Origin: Alphaproteobacteria bacterium
Lineage (GTDB): Bacteria > Pseudomonadota > Alphaproteobacteria > UBA7887
Length of the DNA: 64,000 nt
Direction of reading: 5' to 3'
NCBI GenBank assembly: GCA_965216755.1
Contig: CBDCGL010000011.1
Location: 4,704,001-4,768,000 of the forward strand
The position numbers and the translations under genes are program-made. Numbering within the stretch: position 1 is the first letter of the stretch; every line of letters starts with the position of its first letter. The notes under the pieces were generated by a model, which saw only the letters and a program-made list of their open reading frames with translations, was not told where the DNA came from and made no database searches. This document shows positions 51,632 to 60,587 of this stretch, piece after piece.

Positions 51632-52222
51632 TCATTTATCCGAACGGGAAGCACTTTCGATCATGACGGCAGTCAGGAACAAAGCGTCGTCGAAACCGAC
51701 GTAGCGGTGCCTTGAGACCTTTGAGATACGGTAGCAAATGGTATGTCGTAGCAAGGGACCAAAGAAGACGCTGTCATATGTGAATGCGAGGACGAAGGCG
51801 CAGTGGGCGCGTTCGAACGGTTCGCGCGTTTCGACCGGCAGGTCGTCGGCGATCTGACGCAGCTTTCGCCATTCCGGAAAACGATCTTCCCATTTGTCGG
51901 TTGGGATTTTCTTGGCGTGTTTTGGGCGCGCTGGAACAGCGGTCGCGGCCTTTGCCTGAAGACGACCCGTCAAGAGTAATTTGATAAGCGGCCAGAGACT
52001 TGTCGTTTCGTGGCGCACGAGAACCTTTAATCTAGAGCACGCCGAATGCGCTGGGGTGCGGAAATGAGGTCCGTCGTTCAAGCTTCCCTCAGCGCGAAGA
52101 AGGTCGTGCGTCAACTCAGATATGGTTTCCATATCGCACCACCGCGCGCGCATCCACATGCCGGCCAAAACAAGAACAAGGCTAAGGCAAAGTAATGAGA
52201 CAGAAGCAATCACCATTCCCAC
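51632..52222 (-). CDS. Membrane-anchored protein family A, copy 1
   Basis: N-terminal TM; shares REPFERAHCAF...GP.LRHTIC.RISK.SRHRYVGFDDALFL with the ORFs at 52690 and 57301. Confidence 0.7.
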   Translation of the reverse strand: MGMVIASVSLLCLSLVLVLAGMWMRARWCDMETISELTHDLLRAEGSLNDGPHFRTPAHSACSRLKVLVRHETTSLWPLIKLLLTGRLQAKAATAVPARPKHAKKIPTDKWEDRFPEWRKLRQIADDLPVETREPFERAHCAFVLAFTYDSVFFGPLLRHTICYRISKVSRHRYVGFDDALFLTAVMIESASRSDK

Positions 52223-52233
52223 GTCTCCGGCAA

Positions 52234-52503
52234 CTATGCTTCGTTGGTATTGGTATTGCTGGCACTTGCGCTCAGCAATGCTTGACTTTCTCGTTTCTGT
52301 CCTCTTTTCCGTATGACCGCCGCATATCGCCGTTCCCAGGCGCAGGCTGCGTCATCGACGACGATCGTAAAACGCCACATCTCCTTAATGAACCGGGTGA
52401 GCGCAGCGACAAAAAGCACGATTGAGACGACTAAGAAGAGATAGCTGGAATAGAAGGCTTGCAACCAATGTACGACGAACATCCAAGATTGTTCGAAAAA
52501 CAT
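52234..52503 (-). CDS. Small membrane protein family B, copy 1
   Basis: MFFEQSW..VHWLQAFYSSYLFLVVS; paralogous to the ORFs at 53334 and 57897; start chosen from the paralog alignment. Confidence 0.6.
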   Translation of the reverse strand: MFFEQSWMFVVHWLQAFYSSYLFLVVSIVLFVAALTRFIKEMWRFTIVVDDAACAWERRYAAVIRKRGQKRESQALLSASASNTNTNEA

Positions 52504-52689
52504 TCTTTCACCTAAGGCACACGTGAAGTTATCGGAGGCACCTAAGAGAATACGCTCCCAACGTACCCGAAAAAACGACTGGTGCATAGGCCCTCGGGAT
52601 GCCGGGGCGCCCCTGTCGGCGCAATGGTAACTTCTCGCATGGCGGCACATAGCCAGACACAGGATAAAATGATCCACCATTCGGTGCTG

Positions 52690-53274
52690 TCATTTATCCG
52701 AACGGGAAACACTTTCGATTATGATGGCCGTGAGGAACAAGGCGTCGTCGAAACCGACGTAGCGATGTCTAGAGACCTTTGAGATGCGGTAGCAAATGGT
52801 ATGTCGTAGCAAGGGACCGAGGAGAACGCTGTCGTAGGTTAGTGCGAGGAGGAAGGCGCAATGGGCGCGTTCGAACGGTTCGCGAATATCGTCGGAAAGG
52901 TCGTCGGCGATTTGACGCAGCTTCCGCCACTCCGGAAAACGATCTTCCCATTTGTCGGTGGGGATTTTCTTGGCGTGTTTTGGGCGCGCCGGAACAGCGG
53001 TCGCGGCCTTTGCCCGAAGACGACCCGTCAGGAGTAATTTGATAAGCGGCCAGAGACTCGTCGTCTCATAGGATACGAGAAACGTCAATTTAAAGCACGC
53101 CGTTTCCGCTGGGCTACCGAAATGAGGTCCGTCAATCAAGTTCCCCTCGGCACGAAACACGTCATGTTGCAACTCGGATTGGAATCCGAAATCGCGCGAC
53201 TTTGCGTGCGCCCACATGCCCGCCAGAATAAGAAAGAGGCTAAGGTAGAGTAATGATAGTGAGGCAATCACCAT
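52690..53274 (-). CDS. Membrane-anchored protein family A, copy 2
   Basis: Near-identical C-terminal two thirds to copy 1; 1058-bp offset. Confidence 0.7.
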   Translation of the reverse strand: MVIASLSLLYLSLFLILAGMWAHAKSRDFGFQSELQHDVFRAEGNLIDGPHFGSPAETACFKLTFLVSYETTSLWPLIKLLLTGRLRAKAATAVPARPKHAKKIPTDKWEDRFPEWRKLRQIADDLSDDIREPFERAHCAFLLALTYDSVLLGPLLRHTICYRISKVSRHRYVGFDDALFLTAIIIESVSRSDK

Positions 53275-53333
53275 CGCCCGGTCTCCGATCGATGAGGCAT
53301 GTTTGTGCTGCCGGATGCGCTTGTTCGACCAGC

Positions 53334-53555
53334 TTAGAATTCACGTTTCTGACGCCCCTTCCGCAGGATCGCGTCGTCTCGTCGCTCGCAGGCGCAAACC
53401 GCCTGTTCTAGAGAAAATACGAGACGTCGGATTTTCTTGATGAATTGGGTCAGTGCCGAGACAAAAAGCAAGATTGAGACGACTAAGAAGAGATAGCTGG
53501 AATAGAAGGCGTGCAACCAATGTACGACGATCATCCAAGCTTGTTCGAAAAGCAT
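53334..53555 (-). CDS. Small membrane protein family B, copy 2
   Basis: GGAG RBS, MLFEQAW..VHWLHAFYSSYLFLVVS. Confidence 0.6.
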   Translation of the reverse strand: MLFEQAWMIVVHWLHAFYSSYLFLVVSILLFVSALTQFIKKIRRLVFSLEQAVCACERRDDAILRKGRQKREF

Positions 53556-53698
53556 TTGTTCTCCTAATTTTCCCGTGAAGTTATCGGGGGCACCTAAGAG
53601 AATACGCTCCCAACATACCCGAAAAAACGACTGATGCATAGGCCCTCGGTGTGCCGAGATGCCGCTATGCGTGTGGGCAAAAAGACGGAATCGCAACA

Positions 53699-55321
53699 AT
53701 GTTTCCTATCGCACGTCGACCCCTTGGCCGAATTGACGACCAATGGGATAGGTATCGCCAGGTGGTTAACGCTCTTGGCCCAAGTCGACTTGGGCAAACA
53801 GGTTTACCCGCGCAACCGAGTTTCCCCACCGAATTGCCGACACCGCCGGTGTTTGAGCCTTGGTTGGAAATGCTGGCGGTATTACCCGATTATTCGAACC
53901 CCGCGGTGCGCCGCGCCGCGGTCGAGGTGTTGATGGGTGCCGCACCCGCACAGGTTCCATCTCGTGAACCCGTTCGCCCGCCAATAATACCACCGCTTGG
54001 GGTCCCGGGCGTGCCGTTCGTCGATCCCCTCGGATTGGATCGTCAGCACATGGTGCCAGACAAAAAACTATTCGGGTTGCCGGTGCCACAACCGAAATTC
54101 AGCCGCGAACCGGTTCCCCCATCTCACCCAATCGGGACCCTTTCCGCGCCTCGCCAAGCGGGTTTGAGGACCGCGGCGCAAATGGGCACCGTGACCTCAG
54201 CATTTGGAGATCCACGCCAGACGCAACCGGACTTCTCACCACTGCATCGAGTCGCCGCCGTTTTTGCCGACGGCGAAGGGCGCGAGGCGGACAGCACTGG
54301 CCCGAACGAGCTCAGCAATGATGCGCTGACGCGGCTTGACGCGATTGAGTCAGCGGTGGCCGCGTTTGAAGCGGTCGCCCACACAGGTTTGATCGACGAG
54401 GGCGGCGCGGCGCTGATTGGCGCCGAACCACCGGCGGACGTGGTGCAGGCAGTGGGTGAGCTTGTTCTCTCCCTGCTGCCGGGCACCGGAGAGCTGTTGT
54501 CTGCCCGTGATGCCTATCAGGCGTTCCTAGCCGCTGATGCGGCACTCGACAATGACGAAGTTTTCGAGGCAATACAAAAGATTGCCGAGGGTACGTTCCA
54601 CACCCTTGGTGCAATGCCGGTCGTTGGCGTGGGTGTGCGGCTCACGCGCACAGCCGCCAAAGGCGCAATGCATCTGCAAAATAAGCTCAACGTGCGGCGG
54701 TGGATGCGACGGCGCCTTGTCGACAAACACGCGGTCATAACGCGCCATAGCAACGACGAAAAGTTTACCGAATGGGTGAAGGCTGTGCGCAGTGGTAAGG
54801 TCAATAAGACCCGATCGGTAGTGTGGGTCGCAAGCATCGACGACGATGTCGAGTTTGCAATCAGGACCGCCCTGAGGACCAAATTGCCCCTTGGCGGTAT
54901 CTTGATGTCCGACCGGGAAATCGGCCATATCTTCCGAGATGCCAAACGCGCAATGGTCGAGCCCGAGATCATCGAGAACTTGCGACGCCATATGCGTGAA
55001 CCGGCGATGATTTTGTTGGAAAGAAATCCGAAGTCTATTGGAAACACGTCTAAAGAAAACACGGTGCTGTTTGTTTTGGATTTGGGGAAGAATGATAACG
55101 CCGACGCGCTAGTCAAAGTCGCCGTGAAAGTTGATTTCGAGCTCAAGAAATTCGGCCTGGACCCGAGGACAGCCACGACACAGAGCAAGGCTGACGCCAC
55201 TGAAAAACGACGAGTCCGCACAATTTTGACGCCCTTTATCAGGACTGCGGGAACAGTGTCAGAAGCGCAACTCAACAACCCAAACAACTACATAAAAATC
55301 TACGAAAAGAAAAAGAAGTAA
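53699..55321 (+). CDS. Putative polymorphic toxin 2: Pro-rich N-terminus, same pre-toxin domain, C-terminal PBECR/MuF-tip-like nuclease
   Basis: 26/65 identity with the toxin 1 middle domain; Lys-rich tip with SD....H..R..K ... P..ILL ... VK.AV.V ... IRTAG.V pattern; occupies the ejection-protein slot. Confidence 0.65.
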   Translation: MFPIARRPLGRIDDQWDRYRQVVNALGPSRLGQTGLPAQPSFPTELPTPPVFEPWLEMLAVLPDYSNPAVRRAAVEVLMGAAPAQVPSREPVRPPIIPPLGVPGVPFVDPLGLDRQHMVPDKKLFGLPVPQPKFSREPVPPSHPIGTLSAPRQAGLRTAAQMGTVTSAFGDPRQTQPDFSPLHRVAAVFADGEGREADSTGPNELSNDALTRLDAIESAVAAFEAVAHTGLIDEGGAALIGAEPPADVVQAVGELVLSLLPGTGELLSARDAYQAFLAADAALDNDEVFEAIQKIAEGTFHTLGAMPVVGVGVRLTRTAAKGAMHLQNKLNVRRWMRRRLVDKHAVITRHSNDEKFTEWVKAVRSGKVNKTRSVVWVASIDDDVEFAIRTALRTKLPLGGILMSDREIGHIFRDAKRAMVEPEIIENLRRHMREPAMILLERNPKSIGNTSKENTVLFVLDLGKNDNADALVKVAVKVDFELKKFGLDPRTATTQSKADATEKRRVRTILTPFIRTAGTVSEAQLNNPNNYIKIYEKKKK

Positions 55322-55325
55322 GGGC

Positions 55326-55424
55326 GGCCGCCATGGTGGTACGGACCTTCCACACAAACGATCGTGCCGCGAAATTCGCTGCACTATCCACCTGATCTCC
55401 GAATTCCCAGGTCACATGGCGGCC
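55326..55424. ncRNA. Candidate cloverleaf-like structured RNA
   Basis: 10-bp closing stem plus three internal hairpins (see findings); expression unknown. Confidence 0.4.
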
Positions 55425-55593
55425 TGGTCAAGGACGCACCGTGGTGGGTGCGCAACTTTCCACATAATGCGACGGTCACGCAAAACATGACCGCCGAACC
55501 GATCGGCGACGTCCGGTCGCACGGCGTGTCCACGACGTACGGAACAATGTATGCTATAGCATTAAATGATGCAAGGCGCGCCTTGGTGGTTCC

Positions 55594-55944
55594 TTGTATC
55601 GCCGAGCGAAGGTGTCGATGGGGGCAAAAGTGGAGACGATATCGGCCGCGGATGTCGAGATGGTGGGGGCAGCGTGTGGCGTCGCCGCGAGCTTCATTTT
55701 TGTGCGCATGGTGGTCCGTACGGGCGACACCTTCCGTTGGTGGAAGGAATCGCGGCAGAGTCATCGTGAGTACAGAGAGAAACATCCCCAGCTCGGGCCA
55801 TATGATCCCAGTGGCTTGTCGGAGGAGTTTCTGGAATTGATTATCAAGAACTTGCCGGCACTAAAGCTGAGTGCTTTTTTGTACTTGGTATGTTTTGTGT
55901 GTTTCTTGGCGTCGGCGATCTATCGGTTCTTCGCTTTGCCTTAG
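55594..55944 (+). CDS. Two-TM membrane protein family C, copy 1
   Basis: ISAADVEMVGAACG...CFLASAIYRFFAL; paralog at 58629. Confidence 0.65.
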   Translation: MYRRAKVSMGAKVETISAADVEMVGAACGVAASFIFVRMVVRTGDTFRWWKESRQSHREYREKHPQLGPYDPSGLSEEFLELIIKNLPALKLSAFLYLVCFVCFLASAIYRFFALP

Positions 55945-55973
55945 AATTTAAAACTGGAGCGCCAATGACGAAT

Positions 55974-56004
55974 GGGTCGGTGCCTGTCGGCAGCGGCCCT
56001 TTTT
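55974..56004 (+). terminator. Intrinsic terminator (paralogous copy at 59048-59079)
   Basis: GGGTCGGTGCC..GGCAGCGGCCC plus TTTTT. Confidence 0.6.
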
Positions 56005-56037
56005 GTTGGCCAAACACAACAACAGGAGAACGACATC

Positions 56038-57177
56038 ATGCCCTGGAACGGATCCGGGACCTTTAGTCGCACCGACGGCACGCGCAACGGCGCGACCGTT
56101 TGGGAGCAGGCCAAGGCGGCGGCGGTAAAGATTGTCGCTGGCGATCACGACACACACGACCAGGATTTGGCGCAAGGCATCCAGAATTGTTTGGCCAAAG
56201 ATGGTCAAAACAGTCCATCCACGCATATCGACTGGGGTGGGCAACGGATCACCAATTTGGGTGCGCCGGCGGCCGCGACCGATGTGGCGCGCAACGATTT
56301 AAATGGCGTGAGCGCATCGACGGCGCGGACAAATTTGGGCTTGGGGGCGCTGGCGATACAGTCGACGATTAACACCGCGGACATCGGCGATAATGAAGTG
56401 ACGCCGGCCAAACTATCCCATGGCACCGCCAATCAAGTTCTGGCCATGGACGGCGGTTCGCCCGACTGGCGCGACCTGTCGACGGCGTTGGACAACGCGA
56501 TCGGTGGCACACAAGGCAATATTCTGTACCGGGGTGCCGCGACTTGGGACGTGTTGGCGCCGGGAACATCGGGGCAGTTTCTGGCGTCGCAGGGTGCGGG
56601 CGCTAACCCGCAATGGGTCGATGCACCTGTCGCCAGCCGCATGGTGTTGATCGCCACTCAGAATATCACCAGCGGCGTCGCACAAGTCGATTTCGCCAGC
56701 GGCATCGACGGCAGCTACGACGTGTACAAGCTGCTGATCGCGCTGGGTCACGTGGCCACGGATGGCGTCGATTTGTTGCTGCGTATCGGTACAGGTGGTG
56801 GACCAACCTATCAGGCGACCAACTATCGGCGGTCGGCTATGCGCGTTGGCGCCGATTCGACGACCGGCGTGCAATCGGACGGTGCCAGTTCAGCCACATC
56901 CATCAATTTGAGCGACGGCGGGACCAACACGATCGGCAACGCCGCGACGGAATGTTTCAATGGCGAGATAACGTTGTTCAATCCAGCCGACGGCACGCGT
57001 CACAAGCCGATCACGTATGACATGACGTGGCTGGAGCCGGATGGCGAAGTTAGCCGATCATCCGGTGCCGGTGTGTGGTCGGGCGGTGCCGACGCGATCA
57101 CGGCGCTGCGGTTGCTGGCCAGCAGCGGCAATATTGATGGCGGTCGGTTCAGTTTATTCGGGATCAACCATGGCTGA
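56038..57177 (+). CDS. Tail fibre / tailspike protein
   Basis: AGGAG RBS; MPWNGSGTF...DLAQGI.NCL.KDG podoviral anchor; ARTNLGLG.LA and GT.GQFL.S.G.GANP.W shaft motifs. Confidence 0.85.
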   Translation: MPWNGSGTFSRTDGTRNGATVWEQAKAAAVKIVAGDHDTHDQDLAQGIQNCLAKDGQNSPSTHIDWGGQRITNLGAPAAATDVARNDLNGVSASTARTNLGLGALAIQSTINTADIGDNEVTPAKLSHGTANQVLAMDGGSPDWRDLSTALDNAIGGTQGNILYRGAATWDVLAPGTSGQFLASQGAGANPQWVDAPVASRMVLIATQNITSGVAQVDFASGIDGSYDVYKLLIALGHVATDGVDLLLRIGTGGGPTYQATNYRRSAMRVGADSTTGVQSDGASSATSINLSDGGTNTIGNAATECFNGEITLFNPADGTRHKPITYDMTWLEPDGEVSRSSGAGVWSGGADAITALRLLASSGNIDGGRFSLFGINHG

Positions 57178-57179
57178 GG
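56962..57179 (+). repeat. About 218-bp direct repeat (tail fibre 3' end), copy 1
   Basis: 10 mismatches versus 59185-59402 by manual alignment. Confidence 0.9.
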
Positions 57180-57300
57180 TCTCGGTGCCATGAACAACAC
57201 CGTTGCGGCTGTCGCGTCGGCACCACCGGCCGCCAAAGCCAACCTGGCGGGCTTCGAAGCAATGATGCATGTGTTCGGCGCACGGGTGCGCGAGGTAGAG

Positions 57301-57879
57301 TCAGTCCTTTAACGTCATTTCTAGATCGGTTATGACGGCGGCCAGGAACAAAGCATCGTCAAAGCCGACATAGCGATGGCGTGAGATTTTGGAGATTCGA
57401 AAACAGATTGTATGGCGCAAGAAAGGGCCAAACAAAGTTGTACGGTAAGTCATCGCGAGAACGAAAGCACAGTGGGCGCGCTCGAATGGTTCACGAATAT
57501 CTTCGGGCAGATCATCAGCAATTTTACGAAGCTCTTGCCAACGCGTGAAAGTCACGTCCCACTGACTGAAAGGCAGTTTCTTGGCCTCTTCCGGTCGTTC
57601 CGGAATCGCGATCGAAGCCCAGAAACGCAAGTGACCAGTGATAAGAAGCCTAATGAGAGGCCACATTCCAAAATCTCGACATATGAGGTCGGCCAATGTT
57701 GAGCACGCTGAATCCGCTGGGCTGCCAAAATGATCACTTTTGGCGAAGATCCCTTGAACACGAAGTACATCGTGTTCCAAATCGGATCGAATTCTAAGGC
57801 CACGCAAAGTCGCACACGACCACATACCAACTAGAATCAAAACAAAGCTAACTGAAAGCAGCCACGTGGGGGTTGTCAA
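57301..57879 (-). CDS. Membrane-anchored protein family A, copy 3 (diverged)
   Basis: IADDLP...REPFERAHCAFVLA...RHTICFRISKISRHRYVGFDDALFL. Confidence 0.7.
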   Translation of the reverse strand: MTTPTWLLSVSFVLILVGMWSCATLRGLRIRSDLEHDVLRVQGIFAKSDHFGSPADSACSTLADLICRDFGMWPLIRLLITGHLRFWASIAIPERPEEAKKLPFSQWDVTFTRWQELRKIADDLPEDIREPFERAHCAFVLAMTYRTTLFGPFLRHTICFRISKISRHRYVGFDDALFLAAVITDLEMTLKD

Positions 57880-57896
57880 TGATTTGATGTCTCAAT

Positions 57897-58184
57897 TTAC
57901 GGTACATTGTGCTTCTTCCCGGCGGTGTTTGTTCGTCCGGAATTATTCACTTGTCGTTGATGGCGTAGATGCGAGACCGCTTCGCGACGACGTTTGAGTT
58001 TATCTTGGTACTCGAGCGCGCCCCTTATAAGGGCGACAATGTAGATAACGCAGGCGCCCAACGCAGCTAGGAATATTACCACCGAAGTCGCCATCACAAG
58101 GTAACCAGAGAAAAAAGTCTGCAGCCAATGTAGGGTTAACGCCCAAAGCTGGTGGACAAAAACCAAAGCCCGATCAAAAAACAT
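57897..58184 (-). CDS. Small membrane protein family B, copy 3 (diverged)
   Basis: MFFDRA...HWLQTFFSGYL; upstream DNA is also homologous (DN.T motif in frame). Confidence 0.55.
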   Translation of the reverse strand: MFFDRALVFVHQLWALTLHWLQTFFSGYLVMATSVVIFLAALGACVIYIVALIRGALEYQDKLKRRREAVSHLRHQRQVNNSGRTNTAGKKHNVP

Positions 58185-58317
58185 CCGATTCGCTAAATCA
58201 CACGTGAGGTTATCCAGGGTCGCCTTAAGAAATGTGGATTTAATCTTATCTGAAAACATTAGTGAAATACAAGCCTGCGATCTGCGACCGGCCGCCACGG
58301 ACGCGTGACAAAACGGG

Positions 58318-58550
58318 ATGCCAAAGAACGTTTCCATTTGTGTGCTTCGCCTCGATCAACCTAGGAATTGGAAGGGTGCATTTCGACATGCAACTAACCC
58401 TCTGAGCGAACGTCTGCTCGGGCAAGCGGGCCCAAGGCTGCAATTGGGTGTCACCCTCGACATGTCGAAACTTCCCGTGATCGAGCCGTGGTCGGAAACT
58501 CCGACGGTTCTACTCGCTTGTTAGAATTCCCTGGTCCGCGATGCGGTGGT
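58318..58550 (+). pseudogene. Degenerate remnant of the toxin 2 5' end
   Basis: LGQAG...PVIEPWSE versus LGQTG...PVFEPWLE; premature TAG. Confidence 0.6.
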
Positions 58551-58628
58551 TGGTGTATCGAAGGGCACCGGCTTGGCACAGGGTTGCGCGGAGCAACCGT
58601 GACGTAGAGGGTAACCTTTACTATAGCA

Positions 58629-59018
58629 TTGAATAACGTGATGGAGAGTTGCGGAAAACTTGACGTGCCTAGCAGTCGTCGACATCTGCGGAAGGCGACA
58701 GTGAAAGTGATTTCCGCCGCAGACATTGAGATGCTCGGGGCCGCGTGCGGTATCATCGCGAGCCTAATTGTGGCACGCATTGTGGCCAAAGCAGGTCGTA
58801 CGATGCGCCGGATGTACGTGTCGCATAAGTGGGATCTTGAGCATTATGCTACTAGGCATCCGGATATCATGCAGGATCACTACAACAGATTGTCAGTACA
58901 AATGCTACGTTTGATTGTTGAAAATTTACGAGCAATTTCATTGAGTATTATTCTGTACTTCATTTTCTTTGTTTGTTTCTTTGCCTCTGCGATGTATCGA
59001 TATTTCGCCCTGACCTAA
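58629..59018 (+). CDS. Two-TM membrane protein family C, copy 2
   Basis: ISAADIEMLGAACG...CFFASAMYRYFAL. Confidence 0.65.
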   Translation: MNNVMESCGKLDVPSSRRHLRKATVKVISAADIEMLGAACGIIASLIVARIVAKAGRTMRRMYVSHKWDLEHYATRHPDIMQDHYNRLSVQMLRLIVENLRAISLSIILYFIFFVCFFASAMYRYFALT

Positions 59019-59112
59019 AGCACAGACCTTGACTACAATTAACATGGAAGCCGATGCCGTGTGGCAGCGGCTTTTTTTTGCTGGCAAATCAAAATAGGAG
59101 GGGAAGAAAACG

Positions 59113-59400
59113 ATGCTCTGGAAAAAGTCCGCGATCTTTAATCGCATCGCGCGCACGCGATACGGCGACACGGCGAATATTGAAGGCGAGATAACGATGT
59201 TCAATCCAGCCGACGGCACGCGTCACAAGCCGATCACGTATGACATGACGTGGCTGGAGCCGGATGGCGAGGTTAGCCGATCGTCCGGCGCCGGTGTGCG
59301 GTCGGGCGGTGCCGACGCGATCACTGCGCTGCGTTTGCTGGCCAGCAGCGGCAATATTGATGGCGGTCGGTTCAGTTTGTTCGGGATCAATCACGGCTGA
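59113..59400 (+). pseudogene. Internally deleted tail fibre copy
   Basis: First ~20 codons resemble the fibre N-terminus (MLWKKSAIFNRIARTRYG vs MPWNGSGTFSRTDGTRNG), fused in frame to the last ~71 codons. Confidence 0.75.
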
Positions 59401-59411
59401 GGATAACACAT

Positions 59412-59699
59412 ATGACGTTCACTGTTGCGGCCGCCTTATTGGCGGCTTTTTTATCGCCCATTTCCGCGCGCCCCGTGTGCGCGCCCCATGACGATGCCGT
59501 CGCCGCGTTGCGCGACCGCCATCAGGAAACACGTCAGGCCTTCGGCATGGGCACGGGCGGTCAGCGCTTGATGGAAATCTATGCCAGCGACTCGGGCGCG
59601 TTCACAGTCTTGATCACGGACGTCCGAGGTCTGGCGTGCGTGGTTATGGTGGGGGAAGGCTGGTCTGTCGACACCGTGCCGCAAGGGGACCCGTCATGA
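59412..59699 (+). CDS. Small secreted conserved protein
   Basis: Signal peptide; C....L...H.E....G......MEI.AS..G.FT.L.T...G.AC....GEGW. Confidence 0.7.
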   Translation: MTFTVAAALLAAFLSPISARPVCAPHDDAVAALRDRHQETRQAFGMGTGGQRLMEIYASDSGAFTVLITDVRGLACVVMVGEGWSVDTVPQGDPS

Positions 59700-59920
59700 A
59701 CATCGATGATCTGGCGCAACAGATCGGCCGGCTGCAAGGCGATGTGCAGTCCATGAGCTTGCGCTTGGCGCAACTGGAAGGCGACGTGCGGGCCTTGAAA
59801 GCCGTGGCCAACATCGGCAAAGGCGCGTTCTGGGTTGCCCTGAAACTGGGTGGCGGCTTGACGTTGATCGCAGCGGCTGCTTTCGGCGTGCGCGACTGGA
59901 TCAAGCATCTTTTTTCGTGA
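59696..59920 (+). CDS. Putative holin/antiholin-like protein
   Basis: Coiled coil plus single C-terminal TM directly before the endolysin. Confidence 0.55.
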   Translation: MNIDDLAQQIGRLQGDVQSMSLRLAQLEGDVRALKAVANIGKGAFWVALKLGGGLTLIAAAAFGVRDWIKHLFS

Positions 59921-59930
59921 GGCTCGAACG

Positions 59931-60587
59931 ATGATTGTACCACGTGGCATTCGCAACCATAACCCTGGCAATATCAAGCTCAGCCGCGATCGGTGGCAAG
60001 GGCTGGCGCCGGTGCAGGGAGATTCGACGTTCTTTCAGTTCACGGCACCGACCATGGGCATTCGGGCCCTGGCGCGGACGCTGATCACCTATCAAGATCG
60101 TCATGAACTGACGACCGTTCGGCAAATGATCAGTCGCTGGGCGCCGCCGGCTGATGGCAATCCCACGGAGCGCTACGTTCACTATGTCGGCGAATACATG
60201 CATGTTGCGCCGGACGCCTCGGTTGATATGCATCGTTTCGACGACGCCCGTGCCTTGGTCGAAGCCATAATTTGGTACGAAAACGGGCAGCAACCCTATG
60301 GCCCGCGGGTGATCGGCAAGGGTCTCATGCTGGCGGGGATCGAGCCGCCGTCACGTGATTTGCGCATGTCGCGCACGGTGCGCGGCGGCCAGGCCGCCGT
60401 GGCGGCGACAGTCGGCAGCGGGATCATCGCGGCCGTTGACGACATTTCCCAGTCGGCGAAAACCGAACTTATAGGTCTGCTGCCGTTTCTGCCATGGCTG
60501 AAATATGCCTTGCTTATTTTCATTCTGGCCGGACTCGGCGCCATGCTGTGGGCGCGCGTCGACGATCACCGGCGGGGGTTGCGCTGA
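59931..60587 (+). CDS. Endolysin (lysozyme-like fold) with C-terminal TM segments
   Basis: PRGIRNHNPGNI...WQG...F.QF.....GIRA....L..Y, I.RWAP...N.T..Y, ENG. Confidence 0.8.
   Translation: MIVPRGIRNHNPGNIKLSRDRWQGLAPVQGDSTFFQFTAPTMGIRALARTLITYQDRHELTTVRQMISRWAPPADGNPTERYVHYVGEYMHVAPDASVDMHRFDDARALVEAIIWYENGQQPYGPRVIGKGLMLAGIEPPSRDLRMSRTVRGGQAAVAATVGSGIIAAVDDISQSAKTELIGLLPFLPWLKYALLIFILAGLGAMLWARVDDHRRGLR

Noticed and set aside
55326-55424. Canonical tRNA gene
   Set aside because: No TTC T-loop, no 7-nt anticodon loop, no CCA; kept only as a candidate structured element
56962-59402. Tail fibre C-terminal repeat as a diversity-generating retroelement VR/TR pair
   Set aside because: The 10 mismatches are not adenine-specific, 8 are synonymous, and no reverse transcriptase is in the window
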